A stretch of 63,658 bases of DNA, the filler included, from Phoronis australis (taxonomy: Eukaryota > Animalia > Phoronida): the NCBI GenBank assembly GCA_002633005.1. It is 6 parts of 6 records of this genome, joined end to end, with 100 filler letters (N's around TTAATTAATTAA, not from the genome) between each part and the next. Parts side by side here need not be neighbours in the genome. Positions count along the whole stretch, not along the records: positions 36,009 to 47,655 come from NMRA01000446.1; positions 47,756 to 56,180 come from NMRA01001896.1; 4 more parts are not named here. One strand, 5' to 3'. Of this stretch, positions 37,132 through 50,970 are shown one piece after another. Each line of letters begins with the position of its first letter. Positions within the stretch are counted from its first letter, which is position 1. Below the pieces are notes generated by a model. The model searched no databases and was not told the DNA's origin. It saw only the letters and a program-made list of their open reading frames with translations. Made by a program: the position numbers and the translations under genes.

Positions 37132-37685
37132 AGTAATAACACACACACACGTACACACGCACGCACACGCACGTACACGCACGTACACACACTCACGCAC
37201 AGTAATTTTGAGTAACGTTTCAAAAGTTACGTAAACACACTTGTTTTTAAGACCTTAAATTTATCATTGAGAACGAATGTAACTTCTTTTCGTTAAATTG
37301 TGTTCCTTGATTTTAACCCAAAAATTTATCCTGACATGTTGTATGATAGATAATGATTTCTACGACTAGAGATGAAAAGATATCAGGGGCCAAAATACTC
37401 CCGGCATCCACTCAAGGCCACAGGTCGCTGCTTATGAAGACTAACCAGTTTAGTGTAATTGTCGGGTTTGTTGACTAATTTTGCCTAGAAATCGCTGACT
37501 GGAACCGTGGCAAAAGAGTCTCACTTGATGGACAACAACAACAAAATAAAGCAATGAAATTACGCCAACTACAACTCTCAAACAAAACTCAGTAGAATAT
37601 GCAGCCGGAAATTTTCAGTGCACTCACTGCTAGTCCCGAGGTCACAGACTCTAACAGAAAACATAGGTCACAATGAAGTAGCTGT
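36980..37685 (-). repeat. Diverged inverted copy of the ~3850-4260 segment, interrupted by an expanded CA tract and extra sequence
   Basis: For example gaaaagatatcagggg, ccacaggtcg, agaaatcgctgac and cataggtcac match the reverse complement of 3850-4260. Confidence 0.7.
37039..37200. repeat. (CA)n microsatellite with a degenerate tail
   Basis: About 90 bp of pure AC repeat followed by cacgca variants. Confidence 0.98.
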
Positions 37686-38883
37686 CATAAACATATCGAG
37701 CAACTCGAGAACGGCAAATTATAACGAGAAAGGTATGACATATTCAAACAGTCCATGAATAGGTTTACTCAAACACACGTAAATTAAATTAGCAAACGCA
37801 AATGAGAGTAATTATTGATTACACGGGTTTCGTGTTGCTTTAATTATCAGTCAGTTAACTTAAATGTACTAAAGACGAAGCTAACCCTTAACTTTTGATT
37901 TAGGCCACGTAGGCCTACAGCTATAAGAATAAAATCGAGTCTTGTTCTTTTCACAGACACAAATTGGTTTCTAAACTTGGACGAATTAAACGGTTGTTCG
38001 TGCTTGAAATCGTGTTCAGTGGCTTGTAAAATAACCAAATGGGAACAAGTAGCAGTTCTTTCGGGTGTGGCTGTCAGCAATTAGCATTTTTTATCTCTTG
38101 ATTAGCACAAAACACAGCCAGAGAACATACTATAAATGTAATAACCGTTCGCTTGATTAGCCCAGTGATGTGGACCTTATTAGCCCGTGGCTCGCGTGCC
38201 TAGCGACATCTTCATTGCAACTGCCACACCACATGAAAGCAGTCTACAATACTTAGTTCATGACTAACGAGCTCATTTAGATACCCTACTATTTAAAAGT
38301 CATAATCCTGTCTCCTCTACCAACGAATGTTCAGGCAAAAACCTGTGTGACTTCATACTTTTGTGTTTTTGCTATTGACAAATGACATTTGCAGACAGAA
38401 CAAGATCCTCTGGAACTAGTTTATTGGGCGTAGAACTAAAGAAAGCGACACATCGTGGTATTTCATGCACACATCCTGATGCTAAATATGCTTCATAAAG
38501 AATGTCAAATGTCAGAAAAAGCAACACCTGTTTTAAGCAAACTAACCACTCATATTGAAAGAAGACCAAATTAAAAAATTCACTATATTTCCAGTAGTTT
38601 CGTAGAGAAAAATCAAAACTCACGTCCTTAACCACAGATTACAGACCCCGACTAAGCCTTTACTACGGCGACACAGTTTTAATGTGGCTGTAATATCTTG
38701 AAAATATCACTCCACATTGAAGTACTACGCTGATATCTGCTTTCAATAAATTGCACTTAGACAGCACATGGATCATGAATCCACCATATTGTTCTTAAAA
38801 GTAGTCCTATATTTACTACTGCTTAGGTAATGTAACTATTACCTGCGGATATTCCTTGATTTTTGCAGCGGCGCGGTAGACAA

Positions 38884-39013
38884 GTGTGCGTTCCGTAGAA
38901 GAGAGAATCTTGCGAAAACGCACGAAGTGTCCTCTTTCACTCGGGTGATTTTGCGTGGTCTTGCGTGATCTTGTTTTTGTCAAGATTATTGAGTGTGTCT
39001 ACGGAACACAGCC
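38884..39013. mobile_element. ~130-bp MITE abutting a truncated Kolobok end
   Basis: IR gtgcgttccgtaga / tctacggaacacagc. Confidence 0.55.
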
Positions 39014-39319
39014 CTGGTATGCAGCAACATTGTGACATGTTGACTGAATCGTAAACAAAAGCAAACGACGACCGAACTTATTACAACCGAGATAGAACAA
39101 TGACTGACTTAGCAGCTCTCACAGTCAGACTACATGAAAGGAAATTTTGGCGTGAAATTATTGCCTCCCAAAACGTCACTTCCGGAGTAGAGAACGAATA
39201 ATTAATCAAATCACGAAAAGCTGTGATTAAGTGGAAAATATGTGATATGGGAAATATGGATAACCAACGAACCTTATTGTTGCTACAAAAGACATGAAAA
39301 AGGTTGCCTTCGCCTTTAA
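39012..39319 (-). mobile_element. Kolobok-type left end, truncated after the THAP start (MSQCCCIPG)
   Basis: The reverse complement aligns to 35011-35306. TTAA at 39316-39319, ATG at 39038. Confidence 0.85.
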
Positions 39320-39699
39320 CTGACGCACAGGAACTCAGGTCACGGAAATAGTCGATGATTTTCTCATCTCGGCCGAGGTACAAAACTGTTCAAAAAGGAT
39401 TTTAGGTGTGACAACACAAAGAAAATTACATATTTACTTATTTTGTTATACATTATAAAGTTTTTGAACTAGATTGTCCTTTGAGATATGGATTCAAAAT
39501 GGGGTAATGTGAGACAAAATAATGCTCCGTAACCCCCCACCCACCTCGTCAACCAACAATTTGGAGCACGTCAAAGCGTCATTAAATCGGGACATTCGGC
39601 CAACAACGAGTTTTAATGTAGGATGTTTACCATTATGGTCTCAAGGTGTCGCTCAGTCAAAATGTTATTTCTGGGCTTTGAAAGAACTGACAGTTTGTT

Positions 39700-39840
39700 A
39701 TACCTTCAAACTTGACTTTTTATAAGCTTGGGCTCAAGATATCAACACGGTTTAACTTGACTTTTTGTAAGCTTGGGCTCAACATATCAACACGGTTTAA
39801 CATGACGTTTTGTAAACTTGGGCTCAAGATATAAACACGG
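39700..39840. repeat. 42-bp-class tandem repeat x3
   Basis: aacttgactttt.gtaagcttgggctcaa.atatcaacacgg recurs three times. Confidence 0.85.
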
Positions 39841-40478
39841 CCAGATATTCCTGAGCCGAGAGAGTAAGAACAAGAGCATAAAGACAAAGCCGATTTTGTA
39901 ACGGTAAGTGGCATAAATAAAACACGACTTTTGTTTTACATAAAGCACTGTTTTAATACCGAAAATTGATATAAGTAACGATTTGAGTCAGCGCCACAGC
40001 AGGAGAACTTAGAGCTGAGGTGTCTGTCACGAACAATAGCAAAAACTAGGGGCTTGATAAAGCCTATCTTCAACGGTAACTACCTGTAAATCTGGCTCCT
40101 ACAGAATGTTAAGAACATCGCTCTGAGCCAACTAGTGCAATAAATTGCCAAATTTAACGAACTGTTAGGCTCGCTGTCAGCTACGTCACCGCAAGAATCA
40201 CCTTCAAACAGATGCGAATAACACTCGCACGCATTGATGCTCTATTCAGACCCCTATTCAATACAACTGTCATCGGCCTTTTGTTGTTTGTGCTCGGATC
40301 TCGCGGTGACGCGACATGGTACGAAAAGGCAGGTTCACCTATCATTTGAGCACCCTGAGACATAGTTTGGGATACCTCAAACCTTATTCACAAAAATTGG
40401 CCATTTTTACAATATTTCACATGTGTCTAGCAAAATGCCTTATCTTCATTCTCGGGGAAGCTCAAAAACAACATATAT

Positions 40479-42044
40479 AGACCTAATTCACGCCGACAGG
40501 AGGCGCGTTCCAAAACGAAGCTCGCTACGATAGCTCTGTTGGCTTTTCGGCATGATTGATTCCGCGTTGGTCGAACGGGTAGAAAAAATACGGACTCTCA
40601 ACTGTCTGTTTTACAATTCCTAAGGACGTTGAGATTCGGAAGCGTTGGGTCGTTGCCATACGCCCAGACGAAAGAAAATGTGTCCGTGTAAAATTTAATG
40701 TTTTCGAAAAGTCGATAGATCATATTTTGTTGCATCTCGGTTGCCGAGTATCACAGCAACGACCGGAGAATCTTCGACTAGCCAGGCTGTGTTTTCATGA
40801 CTACGGGTTGAAACATGATGCATTTTTCTTTCCAAAAAGGAGAGGGCCTTCAATCCTTCGATTTTGGGGCCGAATATCGGCCCTATTCTCCTCTTAAAAA
40901 TATTGAAAAATCCCCCGAAATCCCCTCCACGAGGCCTAAAAATACCCCCAGTGATTGAAGAGTTCTCTCCTACGTTCAAATCACCTGTAACCACACAGGT
41001 GACAATTTGAAAGAGCACAAAATGCTACTTGAAACAGAGCCTATGAGAGCTTGCAACAGGGTGAGAGGTCGGTGCGATTGATGATGATCGGGAGGTAGAT
41101 TTTTCCCCTCACTCCTCTCGGCGAAAAAATTCCTTTCTCAGAAGGCACAGGCACCTTTCCCCTAGGATGAACGAGGCCATGGAGAAACATAACTGCTTGC
41201 TCTGTCCAGTTAACTGAATGGGGCTCTAAAGCGAGGTTTTGCTTTGGACGAACGAATTAGGTGTTTTAATTTTAAAATTCAACTTGGCCCGGATTTGTAT
41301 TTGAAACCTAACACACGAAATAAGAGTAAAAGAAAGCAGAATTGATGGTCAAATTATTACTTGTGAATGTGTGCAAGGGAGTGAATGAGAGCTTGGATAT
41401 AATGCGAAAGCGATTTCCGGGCTGTGCTCGTTTTTTTCAAAATTAATAAAAAAATGGTCAAATAACTTATTTTCATTTACGGACTTGGTTTTTTATTTAA
41501 AAAAATATATTTAATAACATGAGTTATTCTTTCAGATCATTGACAAATCCCAGTAGTCCCTACCTCACTAGGACCAAGGCTATGCTTGATGTTCATATTC
41601 TTGATCAACAAATTAAACCAGATGTGACTAAATGCACATGACAGCCACCACTGTCGAATATGTCTTCAACTCGTCAACAATGCAAGCAGATGACCTGGTT
41701 CGTGTAGAAAGCATTTTTATCAACAATTTACAAGAAGACACGTAATCCTGCATTCAGCATAATACCCAATCCAAAACACTACGATCGCCACAGTTTGGTT
41801 CAATTTACTTTTCATGTGTCGAACCTAGTTTTCCGAAAAAACTTATACCCTTTCGTCAGACAACTTTGGTGTACTGACTTGTTCTCTAATGTATTTTTCT
41901 ACGTCTCTGTGGTTAATTATCGACACATTTTTAAGATCTAATATCCAGGTTGGACTCGAAAAACCGGCCATTTAACTCGCACAATGTCAACTTCCGCTTT
42001 GTTTATCGCAGTGAATTTTAATGTCCGCGGCGTGAATTAGGTCT
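40479..42044. mobile_element. 1566-bp non-autonomous DNA transposon with 17-bp TIRs flanked by AT (ISL2EU/PIF-Harbinger-like)
   Basis: tat-agacctaattcacgccg ... cggcgtgaattaggtct-ata. No transposase ORF recognised. Confidence 0.7.
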
Positions 42045-42634
42045 ATACCGCGTGTCGAGAAAAAAGATTTAGCAGAACCACCTTGGAACCGCACAACCGC
42101 GTGGATATTTGTTTACTATTTATCTGAGGTCAAAGGTTAAAGGGCTTTCAATCAAATCGAATCTCCCGTCAGGTACAGAGCACTTTCGTATACCCTCAGT
42201 CCTTTCATTCACAAAGTCGCCATAACATTGAGTCAACAAGGTGTACTAATGATAGAATGGTGCCGGGGAAAACAAAGACAAAACGTAGTTTTGATCAGAA
42301 GGGAGTTGTGCGTCTGCATGCATACGACCGTTGGGATTGAAAACGAATGCTACGATTCGCCTAAGGCCTCTGTGGTCATGAACACAGCAAGTTGTGAAAA
42401 GAGATAAATCCTCACCATAATTCCTTTATTCAATTAATAAATTGACATTTCGTTGTTTTGATCTAATGCTAACGACATGCCTTAACCACCGATTCGAGTT
42501 TTGTTATCCATTTCTTACTTGGTTCCGCATCAGTCTTCCACCACGTGACGTGTACAGGCTATGTGTATAAAAGCCCTTTCATGTTGATTTAACTCCGGTC
42601 TGAGGGGAGCGTTCAGTTGACGTAAACAGCGCAA

Positions 42635-42857
42635 TTAAAGGCCTATGGTCCGAGTTATAGAAGAAAAAAACCTCTTAACGCCGTTTAAGCCGGTTTTTTG
42701 ATGTGACATACATGACTCAGAGTGTTGAGGGTAGTTAACTTTTGAGAAGGTTCAGTTAGCTCCAACTGTTGATATGCGTGACTTAAAGGCTTATGGTCCG
42801 AGTTATAGAAGAAAAAAACCTTTTAACGCCTTTTAAGCCGGTTTTTTGATGTGACAT
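42635..42857 (+). repeat. 75-bp direct repeat starting TTAAAGG (second Kolobok-like end, duplicated)
   Basis: 42635-42709 and 42783-42857 differ at about 3 positions. Confidence 0.7.
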
Positions 42858-45800
42858 GGAGTTCAAAAAGTTATTAACTTTCAACTTGTGCAAAAAGTTT
42901 GAAAAAAATCGTTGTAAATACTACAAACGAATGAAATGTTTACAAAGAATTTAGTATCCCGACCGCTAAACAGATTATAAACATTACAACAACGCATGCG
43001 CAGCCACAGATCTAGAGGTCAACAGAATTTATACAAATGGCGGGGAGCGCATCTATGAAGTGTACGTCCGAAGGCGAAACGCAGTCGTCCTGCTCTACGA
43101 GATTCAGAAAAAGACGTGTTAGCCAGTACAAAAAGCGGCATTACCAACAAACCTTGTACCTGTAATCGACTTGTTCGATAGGTGAGAAACAATGAGGACA
43201 AGACTGAATGTTCGAACTCGTGAAGGTTTTACATTACAACAAATGAACAATACCAGGGCACCAGGCTTTGGATGGACAAGTATAAGTCAGTACGTGTGCT
43301 GTTTGTGAAATGGTCAATGACTCGTATACACGTTTAGAGCATTCACTGATGGGTGACTGATCTCAGTCAGCATACATCGGACCCGAATCATTTTGAAGAG
43401 CCTCAATTCGATTAGCCTTGGTACAAAGCTGTATAATATACAGTCATCATACAGCTAGCTGGCTGGTTACAATTTGATCAGCTGTTCAGTTTTTGTTCTA
43501 ATACTACTAGTACTAGTAGTAGTACTGATTCACGCTGACCCGGAATAGTTACACCATGTTAGTGTTTTAACATGTAGTTAAAACTGGTAAGGCCCTTTCA
43601 TTCTAACGTCGACATGGCGATGTTTTGGGAAGTTTCAGTCAGTATGGATGGTTAACTACGGTCCTGAATCGAAGTTAACTGTGCCAGTTGACTTCACAGT
43701 AGACAAGCGGAGCGTCGATGCTGTGGTGTACGGTAGTATGAATGATTAACTTCGGTTACATCGAAGAAGTTATTGTCAGGGGCCACTGCTATCATCGACA
43801 ATTACAGGGTAATGTCGTCGCTAAAAGCTGCTCATATTTTGCTCGAGTAGTCACTAATCGAATTAGAAATAGGTTTTTGTGTCCATTAGCACATGTCAAT
43901 GTTCCCAAATTATCACATTAAAAAATCCTGGTGTACAAGTGTTGCATCTGCACTACGTTGCTATTACTTCGATGACAACATCATCAGCTACAGTTTACTT
44001 AGACATCCAAAGCCGGTAAAAACGGTTCGATTAACTTTCCAGTTTATGTCGACACTCTGCTCAGACCGAAATTAAGTACAAAAGGGCTTTTAGATCAATT
44101 TCAACTAGCAGAACAATGTGGCAGGTGGTGTAAATAATTGTGGCGGGAGAGGGGGGGATGTTTGTAGGATGTGTTAGGGACTTCACCTGGCCACGCCAAT
44201 AGCTTTATTAGAAAGCTCATATCAGTGTTTGTCGTACTGAGTACAGTGGGGGGGTAAGTCTTGGTCAAGATGGCTATACTTGAGAATGTCTTATTAGTTT
44301 TGCTTTATTTTTTCCAGTTAGGAGAATACTGACCACCTACAGGGGCCCGTGTAACCGTAAGTTGATCTTTCTTATTCCATTAAGTTTTAAAAGAAAGAAT
44401 AGGTGTGCTAAACTTCAGTTATTGATGGCCACTTTTCTCTGTATTTCCATCTTAGACTGTGCAGGTTAGGAGAAAATGGTTAATTGCAATCTGCATGGTC
44501 CAGGTACATTACTTGAACTCACAACCTCAAAAAATTAGCCAGTCAAATCACGTGATTGGAGTACAAATCTTATGTTTTCTCATGTCATGGAATTGCTAAA
44601 TTTTCGAGTTGTGTATCGAATACAGAGATTAGGCTATGGGCTTTAACGTAAGCCGGAATTTTCATCAATTATAAGTCTCTTAAGTCGCTGTCAGTTTAGA
44701 ATAATGCTGTCTCAGCTACAAATTTTGCCTTCTGGTAATTAAATCAAAGTTGTTTTAAGCATAAAGGTGTGACAAATTGACTGAAAGTACATTCTTAAAT
44801 CTTGTGATTGCTCCTGGTAAAGTGTGTCAAATTGTATTTAAACCCTCCTTCATCATCTGTACTTTCAGAATGAGTGGTTTAGACAACGCCCTCTACAAAC
44901 TTCTTTGCAAGAGTCCCAGACTGGTCATCACCTGAAGAAACCTTGAGGTATTGTTTCATTCATTTCCTTAATATCTCATGGAGTGACATTTCACATTTTA
45001 TTCAACTCACAACTCACAATCCTAACCAAAGATATCACTGTTTCGTTTACAGTATTTAAACATGCCTTGTTTAAAGCCTGTTCAATTTCTATTCAGGGAT
45101 TCACCCAGGATTTCGAAAATAGGGTGTCCAAAATGGGATTCCCAATATTTCGGAGTGTCCGTGATTCCGACAACGCATTACCCCTACCACCGTGCAGTGC
45201 ACCAGCAACCCCCCACACTGATTTTTTTACAAAAATACATAGATCAAAGAGTTTACATCTGCGTTTTCAAACTAACCCCCTGTAGCGAGCTTGGACCTAG
45301 ACTTTTACACCTAAACTTATGAATACAGCCAAGCAGCTTACCAGACAAATATTAGAGATATTTTTTAAGGATGAGTGCACTTCGCACATGATGGCGTCAC
45401 TGCTGTTCCATATTAAAACATGGAAATGCACATTGAAATGCACAAAGCAGTGTTTCATTTGAGTTATTTATATTAGGTTTGTGTAAACCGTACTTTAGTG
45501 TGAAGTTTTTATTCTAATGTATCAGTGCTTTGGAGGATGTCCAGTTGAGCAAAGAACATTTGTAATGTAACTAATTTGCATGTGAAAATTTTCAACTCGC
45601 TTACAACTGTAGTATAAATGCAAGCTAACTCCAGCTGCTGGTTGAAATTCTGTGCATCATGTTTGGTGTGGGGAGCAATTATGATTTCTAAAAACCTTAT
45701 TTTGAAAATTTGCCCTTTTACGATTCCATCTGTCGATTCAATGTCACTGTTTCAGATTCATAGATACATGTCTGAGTTCTCAGTGTAGAGGCCTCAGAAT

Positions 45801-47655
45801 AAATTTTAAACTGAATGTCTTCTTACAAATGCCACTATTGTCATCTTACAGGGATTCAGAGCTGTTGTTCACCGTTGTCCTTATCTTCTTTGTCACCTGC
45901 ATCCTCACAATCTGGATCAAAGGTTTGTGTCTGCTCTTGTAAAGACTCTATGCTCTATTGGAATTTAAAGTAGATATAGGCATGCCTTATGTCACGAAAA
46001 CCAACTGTTTATTTAGACCATGTACCATTAGTATGATATTGATCTCGAATTGTTCCTTGATAAAAATAAGGTGTGAAGTTTGGGCTTGAAAATCTCCAGC
46101 AATTTGTTACTACTTGAGAGTTTCTTTAGGTTGACGTGTCACAGCATGCCATTTCATTCACCTGACATGGTCACAACCATAATGAACTGACAGTTCTTTG
46201 CAAGACCAAAACTTATTTCTCATCTGAATGAGGAAAGTGGTTAAAATCAAAAGTTAAGTTGCGCGGATAACAGGGTTTATAGCCGCAGAAATTTTTCTGT
46301 GAAAATGCAACTCTATTTTCTCTCAATGTAGGTTTCTTACTGCTTGTTAAAAGACGATAATAGTATGACCGGCTGCTGAGTAGCACTTGGGACATAACCA
46401 TGTTGCCATGAGTTCAATTTCTTGTCTTGGAACTCTAGGATCCACTTAAACCATAAAGTGGCAATGGCCATCAAAAGTTACCATGATGCGATGAAGATTT
46501 GGCAATACGTGCATTAGTTCCTGCACCATCTTTCTAACTTGCAACCTCTCACACTTATTGATACTAGCATTCCGTTGGTGGTATAGATACAGTTATCATT
46601 ACTTGTACCCAATGGTGGTTTTCTTTGCACTGTATTTTTGGTTTTAGTGTTTCAGTGCTCAGTTATTATTGCAACTTTTCTCAATATTTTACACTTACAG
46701 GCTACATAGGTACTTCAGTGAGAAATCTAAGAGTAATGCTGTCAAGGATTAAGAAAGGTCTATACTCCAGTGCCACCGGTGTCCATAATTAGGAGATGCT
46801 TGAGAGAAAAACAAGGCGTGCACAAACTTGACACATGACTTCCAGGGGCCACCCAGTTCATTGCCTTCACGATCAATGGTTTTGCAATGACAACAAATGT
46901 TATTTGATCTATCAAAAGAACTATCACTGCTTCAGTGAACATTTGACTCCGATTTTAAAGTTACCTTTGCATAGTAGCTTGACGTGGATATAGACTGTTG
47001 TCAATACAAAAGGACACGGCTATATTTTTGATCTTACTCATTTACCGTGCAGCATATAAATATGACATTCTACTTTTTATATATGTAAACCAACAATCCT
47101 TGACCACTGTTTGCTTACATTTGACTCCAAAACTGTGATGCAGTACCTGCTTTTTAATTGAAGTGCTCATGTAACTTGGTTCATGTTGAGTCTATCAACA
47201 GTCATCATCTGCTTTTGTTGGTCCACGTGGTTGTGCGAATTGACTACGTAATTAATATAAATGTGTCCATGACTTCAAACATATTTCGGTTAATTACATG
47301 TCATGCTGCAACTCTTGTTTGCATTTACATTTCTGTTGTGTTGAGAATTACTGCAGTGAAATGCATTTGATGTTATACAGGTTAAACTTCGGCAGTGAAA
47401 ATCCATTTTGTTTGTTAATGTGATTTTGTCATTGCTGTTAAAGCTGCTATGAACTTGCCTTCCTTCAATTAAACCAACTCTTGATTGTGACTATTTATTG
47501 TCTTGGCCCATTCCTTACTCAAAGTACAAGTGATTCCTGGAATTAGAAAAAACTGACAGTTTGTTATAGCTCGAACCTCAGTTTATCAAGTTGCCTTGAA
47601 ACAGCTTGTCATTTTCTGTAGGTGAATTTGTTACAAGCCAAGAAACCCATCCTCA

Positions 47656-47755
47656 NNNNNNNNNNNNNNNNNNNNNNNNNNNNNNNNNNNNNNNNNNNNT
47701 TAATTAATTAANNNNNNNNNNNNNNNNNNNNNNNNNNNNNNNNNNNNNNNNNNNN
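47656..47755. other. Artificial contig spacer
   Basis: N44-TTAATTAATTAA-N44. Confidence 0.97.
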
Positions 47756-48657
47756 TTCTGTTCATTGATCATTGTGTGAAGGAGAGCTGGATTGTCATTA
47801 TGCAATAGATACTCAATACATCACCTTATCACCATTACACTGATACAGACAGATGCTATCCTATTCATAATTTATTACACAATAATACTGGTGAACCAAG
47901 TCACCTGAGACAAACCCTGCATGCAGGTCTTTCCCAATTAATATGTCAATAAAGTTCTAGAAACATATCAATTAAACAAGAAGAGAACAAAAGATGGAAA
48001 GATAAAAACAGCACCACCGTTATTAGAAATTGCACAAGAGAAAAGTTTTTTTCTTATGACAACCTAGGACATAGTATTAACATGAGATGGACCATTGGGA
48101 ACCTCCACTTCAAACAGTCTGTGATGAAAGCCCTCTCAGCTGCTGATCTAATCCCCATAGTCTCATGAGGGTATATGCTTGTAAGCCACATAGTTTCCAG
48201 GGTTGCACAACAAGGAGAAAAGAAATTAAGTAATTTACCAGCAGGGAAGCATCTGCCAGCAAGAACACAACACACACCCAGCACTTTTGAAAATTAGGGA
48301 AAATGGGAGTTATCCCAGCAATATTTGTAGACATCAAACAGTTTGGTGCAAACCAGTACTGCTCACCTTCACATCTTTAAAAATTTACATATTTACACTT
48401 GCCAATTGTCCCACTTCTACACTTTTTAAAGATTATACCCCATGTCCCACCACAGCATCAGATTGTACTTTTTGGCACACGCGACAATTATATGTACATG
48501 TACTACTGTATATTTTTGTGCATTACCAAATAATTTACCGGTACCCATAATTTCCCTGTGCACAGCCATAGCTAGAAAAAAAAAACAGCTTGCTGGGTGT
48601 TCCTGGGTTTTATGGCAGATATTTGCTCCTTATGCCGTGGCCTTAATCATGGGTTAA

Positions 48658-48786
48658 GTTCAGTAACGTCACAGCCTCGCTAAAAAGCAAGACTGCAAGA
48701 TTACATGAGATACTAAGCTGTGTATTATAAATGAGAACATGTGATGTTGGCAAACATTTTCTAGTCGCGAGACGGCTATGTTGAAC
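48658..48786. mobile_element. MITE family A, diverged copy
   Basis: gttcagtaacg..cctcgctaaaaagcaagact ... gttgaac resembles 2173-2315. Confidence 0.6.
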
Positions 48787-50199
48787 TCTACCCAGATCCC
48801 CCATTTTTCATTTTCAAATTGAGGCAAAGTCTATCCATACTGATTGCATAAACATCAACAATAAAACGCTTGGAAATACTGACACAATTTCACTTTCACT
48901 GAAATGCTCACAACAACTCCATCCTATTACATTTCAAGCATCATAATCATTCAAGTATTGAGGTGGGGCCCTCCGTTGCACCCACAAAGTATCAAGGAAC
49001 CCTTCACTGAATCCACAGAAACAATGTATTTAAATTCAAAACTTGTCGCACAACAAGAGTGACACTGATCACAACCAGGAAAGAATTCCGGTGTAACTTG
49101 AGCAGTAGTACAGCATTTGATGATGGCCAACACTTTCCATACATATCCCTCAATAAGTTTTACCAGCTTCCAATGGGCCTGATTGGAGCGGGGTGGGAGA
49201 GGGTCTCAGGTGGTTGCACACCAGAAGCAGATCTATACAATTAGGTCACACTTGTAATTGTGGACATTCTACCAGTTTCAACTTCTGAACACAATAAATT
49301 CGAGGCGTTTTTTAAAACCCAGCTTGAAACAGCAGAAAACAGAACTTTGCAATACTTAAATACCTTTCTGCACCTAGTGCCAGTGGAACACGTGCATTCC
49401 GAGAACTGAAATAAACTTTTGTAAATCCTCCACCCATGCTCTACACATCCCACAATGCTCAGCAGATCCACATAAATTATGACCCCTATAGACATCAACA
49501 ACCACTACGTTGGTATGTAACTCAGGACAGCACATCATTTCAATAATATGACTGCCTTCTTTGACAGTCTAATACATATGTCTAACACATAAATTGCAAT
49601 ACTCCAGGACTATATTCAACAAGAGGATTTTCCCCAAATCTCTACATGTAGCTCGTGTAAAATTAACAGCTGAATGATAAGGTACTAGTTCGGAATGAAT
49701 TGAACAAGACCAATAGAGGGTTGTAATTTTCTCATTTCCCCTGAGTTTTACATGCATTGAAATTTGTCATTTCCTGCTCCATGATAAGTAAGAACCATGC
49801 AACAGTTGGCTTTGTACCCCTACTGCTACTGAGACATCCTACGTAACAATGGCAACACAAGGACAACTAGAAATACTGGGGAGGGAGGGATCAATGACAC
49901 TGACAGGTCCTTTGAATTCAGGGACTATTAGTTAATGAAGAGCAGTTTTATGGTGTTTTGTAGTTTATTTGATACCAGTTTTGGGGACTGCTGATACAAT
50001 CAACCGAAGATTGGAATTCCCCAAATTCTACATTGAAGAAATGGCTGGAAAAAGTGTTTTTTGTAACTTTTAAGAAGTTTTATACCGTAAATGGCAATGT
50101 CCATAATTCGGGACTGTCAATAATAATGGAGGCCATATGAACATAGATGCCAATCATTCGAAAATGGTAAGGGAGAACAATGGATAGATGCCGCAGATA

Positions 50200-50513
50200 C
50201 AGGGGCGGATCCAGGATTTTGAGATAGAGGGGGCCAAGGCACAGGAATAACCAGAATTTCGGCAGATGCGCGTACCCAGCCTAAAATGTAGGGATGCAGA
50301 GGTCTCGAATTTTGGGTTTGCGGACCTTTTGACTAAAAAAAATGGTAAATGGGGTTTGTTCAGGGCCTATGCATTGTTTATTCCTCCCTCCCCGAGCCCC
50401 CCTGGTTGCGCGCACGTGCTAGTCAGCAATTCGCACCCGAACTGCCAAATGGCACCTGGTAGAGTTTTAGGGGGGGCATGGCCCACTTGGCCCCTCCCTT
50501 AAATCCGCCACTT
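50200..50513. mobile_element. MITE-like element with CAGGGGCGGATCC-type ends
   Basis: caggggcggatccagg ... cccttaaatccgccactt imperfect TIRs with G/C-run subterminals. Confidence 0.55.
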
Positions 50514-50868
50514 AAATAGGTTGAAAGTGTCCATTGAAACCCGAACTGAAGCTGCTTTTAGCCGTGCCTGTAGAAATTATACAGGGAAGTAGGAGAATTG
50601 TGCACAAGCATGAACATATGTAGCAAGAGTACCTGAATATTGTGCCTATCAAAGAACAGAACATTCTGACGGTGTTGCGGGACCCGGGACGCAGCTTCAA
50701 AAATACAGTCCCACCAAAAGTGGGACAGTTGGCAACCAATGTGAATTTGCAGTTATGGGTGCAACACACAGTCAGATAATAGCCTCAGTATAATCCTTAG
50801 CGCCTTACTAGCATGCCAGCAGCCCAGGTTTGATACCGGCTGTGGGGAGGTGGATTTTCAGGGTCCAA

Positions 50869-50970
50869 TTTGGAGATTACCAGCTTGCATTTTGCGAGCT
50901 GAAATTGCCATCGACGACCAAATGCGACTTCAGTTTTTCGTTGCTCAAGTCGCCAAATGCGACCTCAGTT
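50869..50970. mobile_element. Terminal fragment related to the 29695-32061 element
   Basis: caggg start followed by cagcttgcattttgcgagctg and aaatgcgac repeats. Confidence 0.5.

Noticed and set aside
35011-39319. Single 4.3-kb transposon bounded by ~300-bp TIRs
   Set aside because: The two ends lie on different pieces across an artificial spacer, are clearly diverged, and both are left ends carrying the THAP start.
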